Positions 25,611 through 37,938 of a stretch of DNA of 64,000 nt are shown here, piece by piece; position 1 is the first letter of the stretch, and each line of letters begins with the position of its first letter. Made by a program: the position numbers and the translations under genes. This DNA is from Vicugna vicugna (lineage: Eukaryota), in NCBI GenBank assembly GCA_013265495.1, contig MU060547.1, positions 5,671,678 to 5,735,677 on the forward strand. The letters are read 5' to 3'. Below the pieces are notes generated by a model. The model was not told where the DNA came from, ran no database searches, and saw only the letters and a program-made list of their open reading frames with translations.

Positions 25611-26769
25611 TCTCTTTTTCTGCCTTTTAACATCAAATGTTTTATCTCCATACATAAGGCTAGATGTGGAACCACATATGCTCCCAGGTAGTTCCGTGTG
25701 TTTGGCATGACTAACACTTCAGTAGGATGCAAAACAAAGATGCTACAATCTAATACAAAGTCTCATAAGGATAGAAAAGTATTAAGAAGAAAGGGATCAG
25801 TTTGTCTTATTCATTAAATATGAATTATTATCTATTTTATTGCTTCCCAATCCAATATATTTTTTTCCAGTTTAGACATAAGAAACCAGGGCAAAAAAGG
25901 GAAGAGAGAAAAGAGAAGACAAATATTTCTTTATTCATTCAACAAACATTTCTTGAGTGATTTAGTCAGGTATTGATTCCAAACTCTCCCAGTTCCTAAG
26001 ACTCAGAATTGGGATCAAAGTACAAGTAAATGTTAAGGGAGATGTTATTTATGGTATGTTCACAAGATAAAAATCTTCAGAAACTTTTCAATATTCTTTT
26101 CTCAAGTCCTGTTAGCGTCTCAATGGAAGCAAACATCATAATGATCTCCTTCCTGCTTTTGAGAGCAGCTGAGATTCTTCTATTGACACAGTCTCTAATA
26201 CTGAACTTGAAAAGCCAGAAGCAGGGAGTTCCCATTAAGAGTCGTGGCCTTGCAGACTTAACCCTCCTCTCTGTCCCACAAAGCCAGAAATTTGTGACCT
26301 GCAGGGCACAGTGTGGGACCCATCTATTTTCTTAAGCATTTCCTGGCTGGGGACATAATATTGTTGTGGTGGGAGAAGAGAGTGACACAGAAGAAATTTA
26401 TTTACAACTGAACGCGATGAGGTAGTTATCGAAGTATCTATTTAATCTCTGACTACTAATGGATGGTATATTGGTGTTACAGGACAGGACAGGGCTTTAA
26501 TGCTCAGAAACATACTAGTAAGTTATGGGAATAAAATCCTACAATTTTTTCACAGAAAAATTCAGTAATTTTAAGATGTCAATAAGGCAACCCCAGACCA
26601 GATACTTCTAGGAACCAAGAGGGGTTCATCCATGCATTCTCATGTTTCTCCCCTTGGTTGATTCTATTTAAAGGAGGCAGGGTGTGTGTGTGTCTGTGCA
26701 TTTTAACAACTTGGACCACTGAATCAGCTAAGTGATGACTACTGGTCCCCTAACCAAAAATGTCAGCTC

Positions 26770-27000
26770 ATCAGTGGTGCCTCTTGTGTGTTTTGTTCAC
26801 TTCCAATGCCTAGAAAATTGCCCAGCACATAGTAGGCCCTCAATGAAATGTTGCCAAATAAAAGAATGAAAAGTGGAGATTGTTCGGTTTGAGCTGCGTC
26901 ACTTGTTAGCTTGGTGACTTGGGCAAGTGATCTGCAATCTGGGAATCATTATGAAACTGAAGACCATCGTGTTGCTTCCGTCATTTATTTATCAGCGTTT
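26770..27000 (+). mobile_element. L2 3' end followed by a MIR fragment
   Basis: aatgcctagaaaattgcccagcacatagtaggccctcaatgaaatg; cacttgttagcttggtgacttgggcaagtga. Confidence 0.75.
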
Positions 27001-28819
27001 AACGTGATGTTCAGGACAGGGCTTTGTATACAATGCGTGCTCAGTGCAGGAGGACTCTCTTCTCTTGCACACACTCTCCCTGACTCTGCAGTGACGTAAC
27101 ATGTGGAGAGCTGTGTTAACTGGAAGATTCTATGAGAAAGCCTTCCAAAGGTGACTTAAATATGCTGAGACTGGCACGTAGCACTGGTTTCAACAAAGCA
27201 TTGTCTGTCATTCTAGACTTTTCCAACATAAATCTGTTCCAAGGTGAGAGAAAAAAGTTTAACTTTATACAATAATTATAAGTTGATGAAATAAACATGT
27301 AATTAACAGTTTCTTCGTGGTTTAAATATTATAAACAGTGTAATAAACCTACTTGACAGGGAGAATTTTACGATTTTTGAACAAATTCCATTTTTCATTC
27401 CAGAGATTTTTATTTATCAGTACTATGTAAATAAGTTGTTCTCAACCTAAAGTTAATAGTTTATTTTGGGAAATTGTTTGAATAATAAAACACAAGTTCT
27501 TCGGCTTAAAATGGTTGGAAGCTGAAAACTCAAATAAACCTATATCACAGTAAAGGCTGTATCAGAGGACTTTATTTAATGGGGTGAAGAAAATACCTCC
27601 TGATTTTTTTTTATTACTATAGGGCAGATCTGACACCATTAGTTTTCTTTATGTCATAAATATAGACGAGCAGAATTTGACAGGCATCACTATAAAATAG
27701 GTTATAGATAAGTTCAGGAGTCTTTCCTTCCACACAGACCTTTTACACTCAGNNNNNNNNNNNNNNNNNNNNNNNNNNNNNNNNNNNNNNNNNNNNNNNN
27801 NNNNNNNNNNNNNNNNNNNNNNNNNNNNNNNNNNNNNNNNNNNNNNNNNNNNNNNNNNNNNNNNNNNNNNNNNNNNNNNNNNNNNNNNNNNNTAGAAGAA
27901 AAAAAAAAAGATAAATCTTAATTCACATGCTGCAGGACTATCTCTGTGTCTCCAGCACAAAACTTCAAATCNNNNNNNNNNNNNNNNNNNNNNNNNNNNN
28001 NNNNNNNNNNNNNNNNNNNNNNNNNNNNNNNNNNNNNNNNNNNNNNNNNNNNNNNNNNNNNNNNNNNNNNNNNNNNNNNNNNNNNNNNNNNNNNNNNNNN
28101 NNNNNNNNNNNNNNNNNNNNNNNNNNNNNNNNNNNNNNNNNNNNNNNNNNNNNNNNNNNNNNNNNNNNNNNNNNNNNNNNNNNNNNNNNNNNNNNNNNNN
28201 NNNNNNNNNNNNNNNNNNNNNNNNNNNNNNNNNNNNNNNNNNNNNNNNNNNNNNNNNNNNNNNNNNNNNNNNNNNNNNNNNNNTGGGCAGGAAGGATGAC
28301 AGAGGCTGGCCTCCAGAGAGTTCCAGGGGTCAAGGGGCCTGTGTTTCCCCTAAGTACTTATTTAGCATTTTGTTTTGCAAAATAACAATGGATTGATTTA
28401 AAGGCATACATGGTCGGGGAGGGGAGGGGATTTCACCATGAAAAGAAACATTACAATTTAAAGCCTAATATAAATTAAGAGGTGTTGGAGAGAAGAGGAA
28501 AAACAGCAATAAATGTTCCCATTAAACAGAGAACAGCAGCATTTTCTTTTCTTTTCTATAATCCCATTTGTGGGAATGAGGGGGGAGTGCCAAAAAAGAT
28601 AGCAGTCAAGCTGTTGTATATTTAAAGACAAAACAGGAAGAACTTTTCAACGTTTTTATTTTCCCCTTTATGATATTCTCCTGCTCTACAGTGGTGTTTG
28701 TTATTTGCAAATGAATTCACAAGTTTCTGGGAGAGTTATTACACTAGCATGTGGCAAGGTTAACCTTTTCCACCCCTCCCTGTACTCTTTGGTTACAGGC
28801 ACATCAGTAACCACCAGAC

Positions 28820-28975
28820 CTTGACTTCCCAACCTTAAATGTGCACACAGGTCACCTGGGATCTAGTTAAAATGTAGATCTGAATTTGGCAGGTCTGAGT
28901 GGGGGCTGAAGATCAGCGTCCCCTAACCAGTTCATGCCATATTGCTGGTTGGTGGATCACAGATTGAGTAGCATG
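28820..28975. mobile_element. MER5A/MER5A1-like hAT-Charlie MITE
   Basis: gtcacctgggatctagttaaaatgtagatctgaatttggcaggtctgagtggggg...ggatcacagattgagtagca follows the MER5A consensus layout. Confidence 0.75.
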
Positions 28976-29797
28976 ACATTAACGAAATTTTTTAAAAAGG
29001 TAAAATTTAGTTATGGACAAATGATACCCCAAAGGGTAAAATATACAGATGTGAAGCATAACTTGAACATATCACCAAAAGTTAACAGATCCTCTGCTTG
29101 ATACATAGTTGGTACTCAACTAATACTTCAATGAATTGAAGAAACCCCAAATTTCATATAATAGCCTGCTTTTTTGTAATCATCCTTCATTTTTACGTGT
29201 GTATAAAAATGACTATCCTGATTTCCTTTGAGAGGTTAACTAAAATGGTCTATGTAGAGCCAAGAATAAGATACAAAGTAGCTTGTCCATTTTCTTACAC
29301 ACATTTTCTTCCTTCTTCACCCCCACTGATAGAAAGCTATCTTTCTTATCTGTATCTCTAGTCAAAATGCAAAACTATGAAGGGCAATTTCTAAACTACT
29401 GCATGGTTTAAATGCCTTTTTTCATTTTTAAATTATTTTTGCTTCCCTCAATGTAAAATCAAGCCATTCTGGATTTGACAAGTGAGAATATTTGACTACA
29501 AAACACACAATTTAATCTAGAAACCTACATTCAAAAGCAAGATAGTAGAGATTATACTTAAGACATTTAAGATTTTGTATGCATTACAAAACTAGTTCTG
29601 ATACTGAGAGATTCCAAATCATTAATTACTGGCTTATTGATAAATTTTGTTTTTTGGGTGGGGGAGGCAAGAGAGCAGGCTATCACACATTATCCACTAG
29701 ATTATTAATTATGAAACCTTTAATTCCTTATTAGAAGTATTTGATAAGAATTTTGAAAATGTTAAGTTTTTATAAGTCTCTGAGGCTTACATTTCTT

Positions 29798-29927
29798 TCT
29801 TTCTTCCCCCCCCCCCCCCCGAGAGGGAGGTAATTAAGTTTACTTATTGAGGAGGTACTGGGGATTGAACCCAGGACCTTGTGCATGCTAAGCATGCACT
29901 CTGCCACTTGAGCTATACCCTCCCCCC
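29798..29927 (-). mobile_element. tRNA-derived SINE (camelid Vic-1-like)
   Basis: Minus strand reads ggggggagggtatagctcaagtggcagagtgcatgcttagcatgcacaaggtcctgggttcaatccccagtacc (A and B boxes). 11-bp TSD ttacatttctt at 29787-29797 and 29928-29938. Confidence 0.9.
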
Positions 29928-30972
29928 TTACATTTCTTGAGAGAATGCACAAAGCAAAGGGGACTGAACTGGAGAGCCGTCATTCTTGAAAATCTTTACT
30001 GACAACGGAGACCAGACAGTGATGATAAATACTAGATTTCTGAAGGTAAAACTGGCTTAAAGTAATTTATTCTTATTGAATTTCAATGGGCGGTAGATAG
30101 AACCACATAAATAGAAAGATAGAAAGATCTTATCTGTTCATACTTAAATGTTATGTTTTTCGGATCCATTCCCTCAGTTGGAATATTCTTGCTTGCAACA
30201 CCACGATATACTATCTTGGTTGACCCCACTGTTGTCTGACAGTCTTCACAGAGCTAAGAAAGACTAATGAGAATATATCTTCTCTGAAGTACCACTGTAT
30301 GTCATGGCATATAAGGTGACCTTTTAAGTTTAAAAATAGCCTTCAAAAATGGGGTTGACTTATACACCAAAGCTAAAATGAAAAGCCTCCAATTTCAGGT
30401 CTCAGAGCAAAGGCTTGAGGTCTGGCTGACTTTCCCCCAGTGAAGAGTGAGAATGACATACACAGTTACCGCTTGATGTCAAAGTCTAGTCAAGTGGACC
30501 CAGAAAGAAATGAATAGTAACAGTGAGCCCATGTCTTGGCATGGCTGCTGTGCAAAGATGTCAAATAAAACCCGATGGTTTGACAGCATCCTTTGCATGT
30601 ATAGAGATTCTCATTTTTCCAAATCCTTTTTATACACCTTCATTCTAACTGATGTAACCCAATGTGTGCTATGTTTACCTATGATATTTCAAAGAAATCC
30701 TCTTGGTCTGGATTCCCTAGCTTTTAAAAAACCTTGCTACAGCATGGAAAACTTTTCTAGATACGGGAAGAACATTTTGAGTACTGGATTTTCAAGTGAT
30801 TTTCACTCTACTAATTTCTGAAACTAAGTCAAGTCCCACTAGAGTTAACTTGTTGCATGATGCATCCTATAACTCATTAAATAATAATTCAAAAGTCAGT
30901 GAGTATATTCTATGTACTATCTGTGGAGTGGAAGAGAAATGAAGTCATTGCATGTGAGGTGCTCACATTCAC

Positions 30973-31071
30973 CTTGGGACAATGCACAGTCTGGGGTGGA
31001 GCTCTCTCCCTGGGGAGGAGGCGTGGAAGGCTTTTCAAATGCACTGGTACTTGCTGAGTCTTGAATGACAG
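30973..31071 (-). CDS. Candidate 99-nt symmetric (phase 1-1) exon
   Basis: Acceptor atgtcattgctaacag and donor CAAG|gtgaat. Open frame (x)VIQDSASTSAFEKPSTPPPQGESSTPDCALSQ(G). It could be a cryptic exon. Confidence 0.25.
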
Positions 31072-31129
31072 CTGTTAGCAATGACATAGATGACATGGAA
31101 GTCATTAAGCAAAGGAAACATGATGTATA

Positions 31130-31560
31130 AAGACTAATATGAACACGTAAGGAATAGCTGAGGAATTCTAAACAACTGAGTTTAGCTGGAGTACAGGGTG
31201 CCTGTGCAGGATGAGTGAGAAATGAAATTATAAGGAGGAGGAGAGCTCACCAAATCTAGATGAGATCAGCTATGGGAAATGTAGAAATAAGAAGAAAGAA
31301 GACTAGAGAATGACAACATTTAGTGGGTGGGTAACGATAGAGAAACCTGGCGCTGGGTGGAGAAAATGACACGTCAGGTCAAGCCGCATGGAATGAAAAA
31401 CTGGCAAGAAGTAAACCATAGGAGACCTGTGGGAGAGTGACCTCAATGGAGTCATGAAGGCAGAGACTGGACAGGAGAGAAGCTGCTGGAATTTAGGAAG
31501 TTAAGGGAATGTGTGAGGAAAACTTTGCATCAGCTCATCCAAGAAAGGGCTTCCCGTTAA
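31130..31560 (-). mobile_element. L2 fragment
   Basis: Purine-rich degenerate L2 antisense text (tttagctggagtacagggtg; gactagagaatgacaacatttagtgggtggg). Confidence 0.55.
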
Positions 31561-31599
31561 GTGTGATGAATTGATTCCACGCATTTATTTCTGCTCCCT

Positions 31600-32650
31600 T
31601 TCACTAACATGACAGTAAAGCAGAAAAAAAGATGATAATGGCAAAGAGATGGGCCAGAGCAGGCATGAGATTCAACAAAATCTTGGCAGCTGGAAAACTG
31701 ATGGAGTTATAGATGCCACCGCAGAGCACAGAAAGCTGAAATCCAAGTGCCTGAAGAGCAGCTGGCCAACAAGAAGCAAGCAGGTGTGTTCTGCAGAATC
31801 CTGAAAGAGACCAGACAGTAAAGGCGCCTGGCACCAAAGAAGGTAGGGTGAGGGGTGGAGCTAAGAGATGCAGGACTGGCGTTCTGAGTAAGAAGCTGGT
31901 AGCTACACTTGCTTAGCTACTCCGCGTAGAGCTAAGTGACACTCCTTCCCTGCTCTGCTAGGAAATGGAGGGCTTAGTCTTTGAAGACCTGGAACAGAGT
32001 CCTGAGATCCAGAGACACAGTTTCGGCCAGGCGTGATACTAGAGTGCCTCCTGAATTTGAAGATTAAAGGAACATCTACATTCTCAACAATGAGATAGGG
32101 CTTGCCCAATGCAGCCCCTGGTCCCATTCATTTACCCAGGTTGCCGGCTATAAGGTTCATACATCTCAGAGATGATACTGGCATTCTCTGGAGGCGCTAA
32201 CCATGCCAAGCCTAAGAAATAACATATCCTGTCATTTGGAGACCCCATTACCGTGGCTGGGCTGTCATCCTATGACCACACACAAAAGCCGCTAGCTGAC
32301 AAGCCCTCCTTCTCAGGCTGCCCCTGCATTCAGCCCTTAGTACCCCACTCTTAAACAAAAAGAGTAGGTATTCAGGGATCTCTAGCCATTTGAGGAAAGT
32401 TTCAACACTAAATACACAGACAAAAAGGCAGGAAAAAGTAAGAAACAATAACGCACAGGATACAGAACCTCCAACTGATTCTCCACCTCCTACCTTCAGG
32501 GAGAAAGGAAAGAATATCCATATTAAAAAGAGCAAAATGTTGGAAAAAAGGAACCATCAGGGAACTAGAAAGATCCCTTGTAAATTCTATATTATGATAG
32601 TTAAAATTCGACAGTGAAATTCAGGAATAAAGTTTGAAGACATCTCAGTA
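31600..32650 (+). mobile_element. Ancient L1M 5' UTR/ORF1 start or HAL1 remnant
   Basis: GC-richer 5'-UTR-like block (gattcaacaaaatcttggcagctggaaaa; gaaagctgaaatccaagtgcctg), then ccatttgaggaaag and an A-rich ORF1-like stretch. Recognised from memory only. Confidence 0.45.
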
Positions 32651-32749
32651 AGTTCCACAAAGTCAGATTATCTAATTGTGGGAACATTATTAAATGCATA
32701 CTTTAAACTGCTTTCCATATTAAAGAAAAAGCTGTAACCCATTTATTTA

Positions 32750-33580
32750 TCCATTAATTCCTTCATAAATATTTAGTGAGCAACTACTATGTGTCATAGA
32801 AGGCTTAAAAAACAGACAAAATTCCTGTCATAAAGAATGCTCCTTCTACGAGTGGGAACATGACACTAGGTTTTGAAAATAAATGCTAAAATGTCAAATA
32901 TGAAGATAAATGGGAGAGATGTTTGGACTGAATGACTGTGTACCCAACTCCAAAGTTATATGTTGAAGCCCTAACAACTAATGTGATGGTATAAGGTGAA
33001 GACTTTGGGAGGTAATTAGACCATGAAGGCGGAGATTTCATGATAGGATTAATGCCCTTACNNNNNNNNNNNNNNNNNNNNNNNNNNNNNNNNNNNNNNN
33101 NNNNNNNNNNNNNNNNNNNNNNNNNNNNNNNNNNNNNNNNNNNNNNNNNNNNNNNNNNNNNNNNNNNNNNNNNNNNNNNNNNNNNNNNNNNNNNNNNNNN
33201 NNNNNNNNNNNNNNNACCCTCTAGAACTGTGAGAAGTCTCTTGTTTAAGCCACTGGACTATGGTGCTTTGTTATAGCAGCCTGAACTGACTAATACTGAG
33301 GAGAAAAGGGGGAGAAATAGAGACAGAGCAGTCAGGCAGACCTTCTGGGAAGGCAACATCTGGAGAAAGTTTTGAATTAAGCAAGAGAGGGACCAAGGTG
33401 GGGGCAGAGCAAAGCACAGTGCAAAGGCCCCGAGGCAGAGGCATTCTTTATTTCTTCAAACAATAGGAAGGGGCCCATGCCACTGGAACAGAGTAGCTGG
33501 AGAGCTGTAGTGAATAAACCCACAGAGGTAACCAGGGGCAGATCATGCAGGAACTTTTAGGCCAAGGTGATAACCTTGTA
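32750..33580 (-). mobile_element. L2 3' fragment split by an MLT1A-like LTR
   Basis: Starts ttatttatccattaattccttcataaatatttagtgagcaactactatgtgtc. Continues after the LTR with gcaaagcacagtgcaaaggccccgaggcag...ggcagatcatgcaggaacttttaggccaagg. Confidence 0.7.
32920..33297 (+). mobile_element. MaLR solo LTR, MLT1A-like (gap inside)
   Basis: Starts tgtttggactgaatg..tatgttgaagccctaac..aatgtgatggtat. Ends ctagaactgtgagaa..ttgtttaagcca..tttgttatagcagcctgaactgactaata. Confidence 0.85.
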
Positions 33581-33589
33581 GGCTCAGTT

Positions 33590-33800
33590 CAGGCACTGCC
33601 AAGTGCTTTCTGGAAAGGGCCAAACAGTAAACACTTCAGGCATTGCAGGCCACGTGTTCTCTGTCACTACTCAACTCTGATGTTACGGTATGAAAACAGC
33701 CACAGACAAAACCTACGAACAAGTCATCACAGCTGTATTCCAATAAAACTTTATTTACAGAAACAGGTGGCGAGCCTGATTTGGTCTCATGAGACGTATC
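33590..33800. mobile_element. MER58A-like hAT-Charlie MITE
   Basis: aaagggccaaacagtaaacacttcagg..ctactcaactctg..ttccaataaaactttatttacagaaacaggtggcg..gatttgg. Confidence 0.85.
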
Positions 33801-34729
33801 AATTCTTATAATCAGTCTATTTGCAACAAGAAGCCATTCACTGGAGGCTTCTATGGGCTTCTACTTTTCCATCTTCTCTGTAAAATGAGCAGTAAGGTGA
33901 TTATTTAACAGAGGATGTTATATAATTATGGAGACAGAAGTCTGAAGCAGTCACCTTGAAGACAGATTGAAGATAGATTAGGAAAAGAAATCTGTCTGGC
34001 CAGGCTGCTTACACTGAGGATCCACATCCACCTTGCGGTCAAATGTAAAGATGTACGCTGGTCAGCGCTGGCTTTTGCTGCCGCAGTTGCGTCGTTGTGA
34101 CTGGTGGTGATGGTCCCATTGTCTCCCCTTGACCACACGATTATACAGCACTCACTGTGGATCAGGCGCTGTTCTGAGCACTTCATAAACACTACTTCAC
34201 CTAACTTCTGCTGCCTGGATGTAGCCGGGGAAAGTGGGGCCCTAGACTGGTCAGAATGACGGTCTTGTTGGGTCAGTGAAGGCCAGAGAGAGAGAGAGAG
34301 AAGGGTGAGGGGGTGCAAGAGAGAAATTAGAATGATGGGCCCACGTTTCAAGCAGATGCTCACTCTGAAAGTAAGGATGCGGGGGAGCTGGTGGGCAGGA
34401 TAGTGACGGTAGCGAGGTCAGGGTACTAGAGGTTCATTTGGTGTTGAAAAATTGTTGGAGTTAGGTAATGAATGGCACAAAGCAGAAGATTTATAATCTT
34501 ACAGAAGGACGTAGCTCCCAACATTATTTCTTTGACAGATAAAATCTTATTTTTATTAATGAATGAAGCTGACCTTCACCTTTGACACAATAATCTTAGC
34601 CAAATCCCAATGTGATCACGGGTGCCTTAGAACTTTCAGTAGCTCTCCAGCACCCCCAAGATGAGGTCTTCAGACTGAGTGCTCAACTGGACCCCCCACC
34701 TGGCCCTCAGAAGCGTTTGGAGGCTTGCC

Positions 34730-35070
34730 CCTCCCTGGTCTTATGTGTAAATTCCCTGCCCTCACTGATGTGTGCCCTGACACTCTTGTGACAATGCTGC
34801 ACGTGTCACAGCCCATACACTTTGAGGAACACAATTTCAGCTCCCCAACTGCCTTCCCCCAATTCTCAAATGTACATTCAGCTTTCAACATCCAGCCAAA
34901 ATTCCACATCCTGTCAACTTCGCTGTGTGAGACAGAACTCAGCGCTGTGCCACCTTCATCAGTTCAGCTCTTTCCATAAACTCCTTAAGCCACGGGTGTG
35001 TTTCATAGTCCTCTGTATCCCTGACAACACTCGGGCCATATCATGTGCAGAGTATGTGCTCAATTCCTTT
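34730..35070 (+). mobile_element. L2 3' fragment
   Basis: cattcagctttcaacatccagccaaaattccacatcctg; taaactccttaagccacgggtgtgtttcatagtcctctgtatccc. Confidence 0.55.
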
Positions 35071-35259
35071 GATTTGCTTTGGAAAATTCTTACAAAATAC
35101 AAAGTGTCAGGACATGTATAGAGATACTAAAGGAATATATATCACCAAAAAATAATTTAAATTCTATGGACGAGGGACTTCATGGGTAAGGCAAAGATTT
35201 CTTTGTTATTTGAGTTTGGGTTGTATAAAAAGTAGAGCAGGAGTGCAGGAAGACAAAGA

Positions 35260-35540
35260 GTGATTTTCATTGGCAAATATTTTTCTTAAATTATATAAGC
35301 AAAATCATCAAAGTGGAGAAAATTATAAAAGAGGAGAACCAAAAAATGTTCCCAGACCTTACCACATTTACAGAAATACTTTAGTAATTTCAAGGTAGTT
35401 CTTTCCAGTTGTGTTTCCCTTGGCATATACTTTTAAAATATAATTTATAATCATACTAGGCATGAAACCTCATATTCTGCTTTTTCAATTGGAATTATAA
35501 TAATTTCCTCCATGTAATAAATACACTGTTTTAAAGAAGC
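35260..35540 (-). mobile_element. Ancient L1ME 3' UTR fragment
   Basis: aaagtggagaaaattataaaag; atattctgctttttcaatt; atttcctccatgtaataaata. Confidence 0.5.
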
Positions 35541-37569
35541 ATTCACAGTAGCTTACTCTGAAAAAGAGTCTACCCTAAAGAGTTGTCCCTCATTTTAGCT
35601 GACAAAGATACTTTTGGGGGTAGCTTTCAAGATTAGCATCACTTTGAATGAGAAGCTAACATCCTTGAATGATAGTGAGTCACCTCTCAAAAGACCCCAC
35701 TCTTCATTTTTCATTTTTATACTTATGAAACTGATATATTCTTGGTTCTTATCATTTGCCAACATCCTACCTGGGTTTTTACCCCTAAGAGACAGAAGCT
35801 TCATTCATGCACGGATCCAGGGTGGTTTAGGATATCTTTTTCTCTAACACATGATAGTGCATCTAATCCACTGAAATAATTAATAGTATTATCGTGCAGG
35901 ACTATTTACCAACATTTCATTAAGGAAACTCACCCTGATGTTGATACGAAAACAAAAAAATTTTTTTTTGCTTCAAATAGCATACATTAATAATAACCCA
36001 GGACATAAGCTACTCAGTACGACCAGGCCCAGACCGAAATAACGGCAGTAAATCACTAACGTAATTGTAAAAAGAGTGAATGCATAGTGAAAAATGGAAA
36101 TGGCAAAAGGCCCAATATTTGCTGAAGTTGCTGCCATTCTGCAATTTGCAACAGACAGCTCTATTGTAAATAACATATTCACTGGTGGGGTCACTTGTCT
36201 CGACCTTAAGAACCCCTCAGAAATGACAATTTGAATCAAAACGGTGGTTTTCTAAAGCAGCCATTTTTACAATCACTGATTCCTAGCACAGGCATAATAA
36301 ATTGCTCACTCCTCAAAACATCTCTCATTCTTATAGAACATAACCAGAAAAAGCCTCAGATGTTCATGAAACATGTAGGGTTTTCNNNNNNNNNNNNNNN
36401 NNNNNNNNNNNNNNNNNNNNNNNNNNNNNNNNNNNNNNNNNNNNNNNNNNNNNNNNNNNNNNNNNNNNNNNNNNNNNNNNNNNNNNNNNNNNNNNNNNNN
36501 NNNNNNNNNNNNNNNNNNNNNNNNNNNNNNNNNNNNNNNNNNNNNNNNNNNNNNNNNNNNNNNNNNNNNNNNNNNNNNNNNNNNNNNNNNNNNNNNNNNN
36601 NNNNNNNNNNNNNNNNNNNNNNNNNNNNNNNNNNNNNNNNNNNNNNNNNNNNNNNNNNNNNNNNNNNNNNNNNNNNNNNNNNNNNNNNNNNNNNNNNNNN
36701 NNNNNNNNNNNNNNNNNNNNNNNNNNNNNNNNNNNNNNNNNNNNNNNNNNNNNNNNNATATTTGGTTCAGGCACCCACCCTCTTTTAAGAATACTGTAAA
36801 AGTAGACAATAGTTATACATATTCTATGAATTACGGAACGGTTAAATAAAGACTTCAATATGAGCACAATTTTTTCTTTTTAAATTACTTTCTTATTTCT
36901 ATAGTATTAAGTTCTTTAAGTAAAAGTTAAGCATAAACTTATAAGCTACTTGAGAAAAACTGGCGACCACGTTAGACAAGGCTATCGTTTCAAAATTCTA
37001 CGGACACGCAGATCCTCTATTTTAAGGCAGAAAATAGTCCAGACTTTTGCAATAGTTCTTACAATGAAAGACCATTGTTTTACAGAGTTGATCGATTAAG
37101 TCAGCATGCAGAAAGTTGCTCATGCAAGCTAGGTCATATTAGAATGACTGTCATTAGTTCAACAGTACCTGGTATAGAACCTTGACCATAGTACACAATC
37201 AATAAAGGCTTAACTAATTAATTTCCTGGTTACATTTGTGCAAACAAGCAAAATCAGAGCTTTGAAGATGGTCACAGAGTGATTTGGAGATTTGTCTGCT
37301 ACATGAATTTGAATTGCTGTGACCTTCCAAGCAGCAGAGAAATTAGTATAAGGTACTGCTGTCACTACTGTTTTAGTTCTGAAACACTTTCTCTTAAAAA
37401 CCAAACCACAAAGCATGAGAAAAAAATTTCGCTGTTAAATATGTATGTACATTTGTGAGGAAGAATAATAACCTGCAACCTTGGCCTAGTAACTGGTATC
37501 TTCAAAACTCTGCTAACTGTATAACTGGGAATTGAGGTCAACATGCTTAAGGTTGAATCCCATTTCATC

Positions 37570-37760
37570 AAATATGAGCTATGTATCCTTGAACTATTCA
37601 CTTACCTAAACCTGGATCTACTCATCTGTAAAGTGGGAATAATTTTGCTTACATCATGATTTTTTTGTAATGGTAAACCAGAAAATGTATGGGAAGCATT
37701 TAAAACAATGCCTGACACAGTGCTTAACAAAGGGTAACTGCTATCACCCATGTTAACATT
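37570..37760 (+). mobile_element. MIR
   Basis: gctatgtatccttgaactattcacttacc..ctcatctgtaaagtggg..gcatttaaaacaatgcctgacacagtg. Confidence 0.75.
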
Positions 37761-37924
37761 ATCCTCTTTATACTAGCATTTTAAATAAGACCTCCATTAA
37801 AAATATCCTGTGCCCAAAGGGAAAAAAATCTTCAGGCAAAGGCCTCAGACTCTGTAACAGAGTTCTCTGCAGATACTGTGGGTTCACAGTGACCAAATGG
37901 GACTTACGGAATTCTGAGCCATAA

Positions 37925-37938
37925 ATCTGACGTCAGAT
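37925..37938. promoter_or_regulatory. Full CRE (TGACGTCA) inside a 14-bp palindrome
   Basis: atctgacgtcagat. The motif is certain, its function is untested. Confidence 0.35.
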
